A stretch of DNA of 64,000 nt, taken from assembly GCA_035084275.1 (NCBI GenBank), contig CM068754.1, positions 9,052,001-9,116,000 of the forward strand. Direction: 5' to 3'. Source of the stretch: Hydrolagus colliei. Taxonomy: Eukaryota. The position numbers and the translations under genes are program-made. Positions 62,610 through 64,000 of the stretch are shown piece after piece. Numbering within the stretch: position 1 is the first letter of the stretch; each line of letters opens with the position of its first letter. The notes under the pieces were generated by a model that did not search any database, had not been told where the DNA came from, and saw only the letters and a program-made list of their open reading frames with translations.

Positions 62610-63894
62610 CAAGAAATGCTATCTGTTGTTTCTATTTCAAGTTTATAATAGGCTCACATCCACTTCAACTTTATAGCAAAAAGAGATTCACAACCAGTAA
62701 AGGGTTACCTGTACCAGATATTGCGGCTTGAAATGCTCCAGTGTAAATGACAGGATAAGAATTCCCCGTTTAACTTTTTCATAAGAATTCCCCTTTAATA
62801 TTTTTGAGCAAACATATAATTCTTAGAATCATAATTCAATAAAGTGATTTCTGACAAATTCTATTTCTAATGTTGCCTAGAGTCATGATGTTATAGTCAA
62901 TGATGAAATGTTCTATGACTATTAGACATTGACGTTAAAAGCAACTAACAGATTATTAATGTAAGATAAACCCTTAGGATCAAATTAACATTAATAAGAT
63001 TAGTCCCACTATAACCAATACAATATTTACAGACAGACAAGCACTGAACAGCTACTCCCTATGACATCATGTGTTCTGGGTATAAAAATGTTTAAAAATA
63101 ACAATTGAAGCTTCAAATAATGAATCCCAACGTGATCTACACAATGCTCTAAACAAATCTCAATCTCTAACTTCACCCTTAATGTTCATGACTATAAAGT
63201 ACAAAAATCTAAAGTAATTATATTTCAGGAAACATGCCCATTTGGTACACTGAAGAGATCATTACTCACAGGATTAATCTGTATGCAGTCACTGCACCAT
63301 ATAATTATCCAAAGAGAAGTTTCAAAATCAATAAAATGTGCAATGCATTTTTCTGCTGGATAATAATTGGCCTGCTTCCATACTGCACTGCAAATACAGA
63401 GATGAACATACAGTAAATACTGATGTTGAATATTACGTTGGGTTTTTTCGTTAATTTATAAATCAGTCTAGATGCTTTGCATTGATAGTTCTAGATTGAA
63501 ACACACTGCAAGCGATATGTCTTATTGCATCTATAAATCAGATTCAACGAAATCTACAATAACCCTCGTCCTCAATACTCTAATAACTGTAAACTCTCAG
63601 AAGGAAATTATTCTGATCTTTGACTTGGTTTCCTGAGAAGTGTGTACGTGTGTTTGTGTACTTGCATCTGCTTGTGTGTTCAAGAGTTAGTGCTTAAATA
63701 ATATGGTAGAAAGTCAAGTAACAAGTCTTGAAAATTGAATTAATTTGATGATTTATCCCGAGATTTCCACCTGTTGATATTCTTTATCACATTTCCACAT
63801 TCATTAATAGCACAAAACCCATACAAAGCATACCTGAGCTGAACAGAATATGCCCAAAACTCAGCTGAAAGGAATATGTCAAATATTAGAGAGG

Positions 63895-64000
63895 AATTTT
63901 TTCAGAGTTAGGGGGAGAGAGCAGGGGGAGTGAGATTGATTTGGATAGTTCTTTTCAAAGAGCCAGCACATACATGATGAGCCAAATGTTGCTGTATAAT
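63895..64000 (+). mobile_element. CR1 3' UTR fragment
   Basis: ggggagagagcagggggagtgagattga...tcttttcaaagagccagcacatacatgatgagccaaatg, homologous to 33559-33680. Confidence 0.75.

Overview
Eukaryotic, AT-rich, repeat-dense DNA. The repeat repertoire (HER1-like CR1 LINE, L2 LINE ends, Deu-domain tRNA SINEs, LF-SINEs, Penelope-type termini) points to a cartilaginous fish, possibly a holocephalan; this is inference. The only convincing host coding feature is a 116-nt minus-strand internal exon at 24864-24979 (SRPGRPPKRTMSVTLPENSRILPHAVQSLLSPGIISPTG). It is the exon just after the DD1/SKI-SNO domain exon of a Dachshund (DACH) gene, so the rest of the window is most likely two large DACH introns. 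Nearly all ORFs in the supplied track are noise or repeat-derived; 32589-33332 is a CR1 ORF2 C-terminus. The more interesting observations are: a family of ~60-nt insertions made of only an L2 3' stem-loop plus tail; Penelope termini with decayed hammerhead ribozyme cores; several LF-SINEs inside DACH introns; a 66-bp duplicated TCF/Hox-motif module next to the exon; candidate cassette and poison exons; several hairpins. Repeat family assignments come from recalled consensus motifs, not a database search, and repeat boundaries are approximate.
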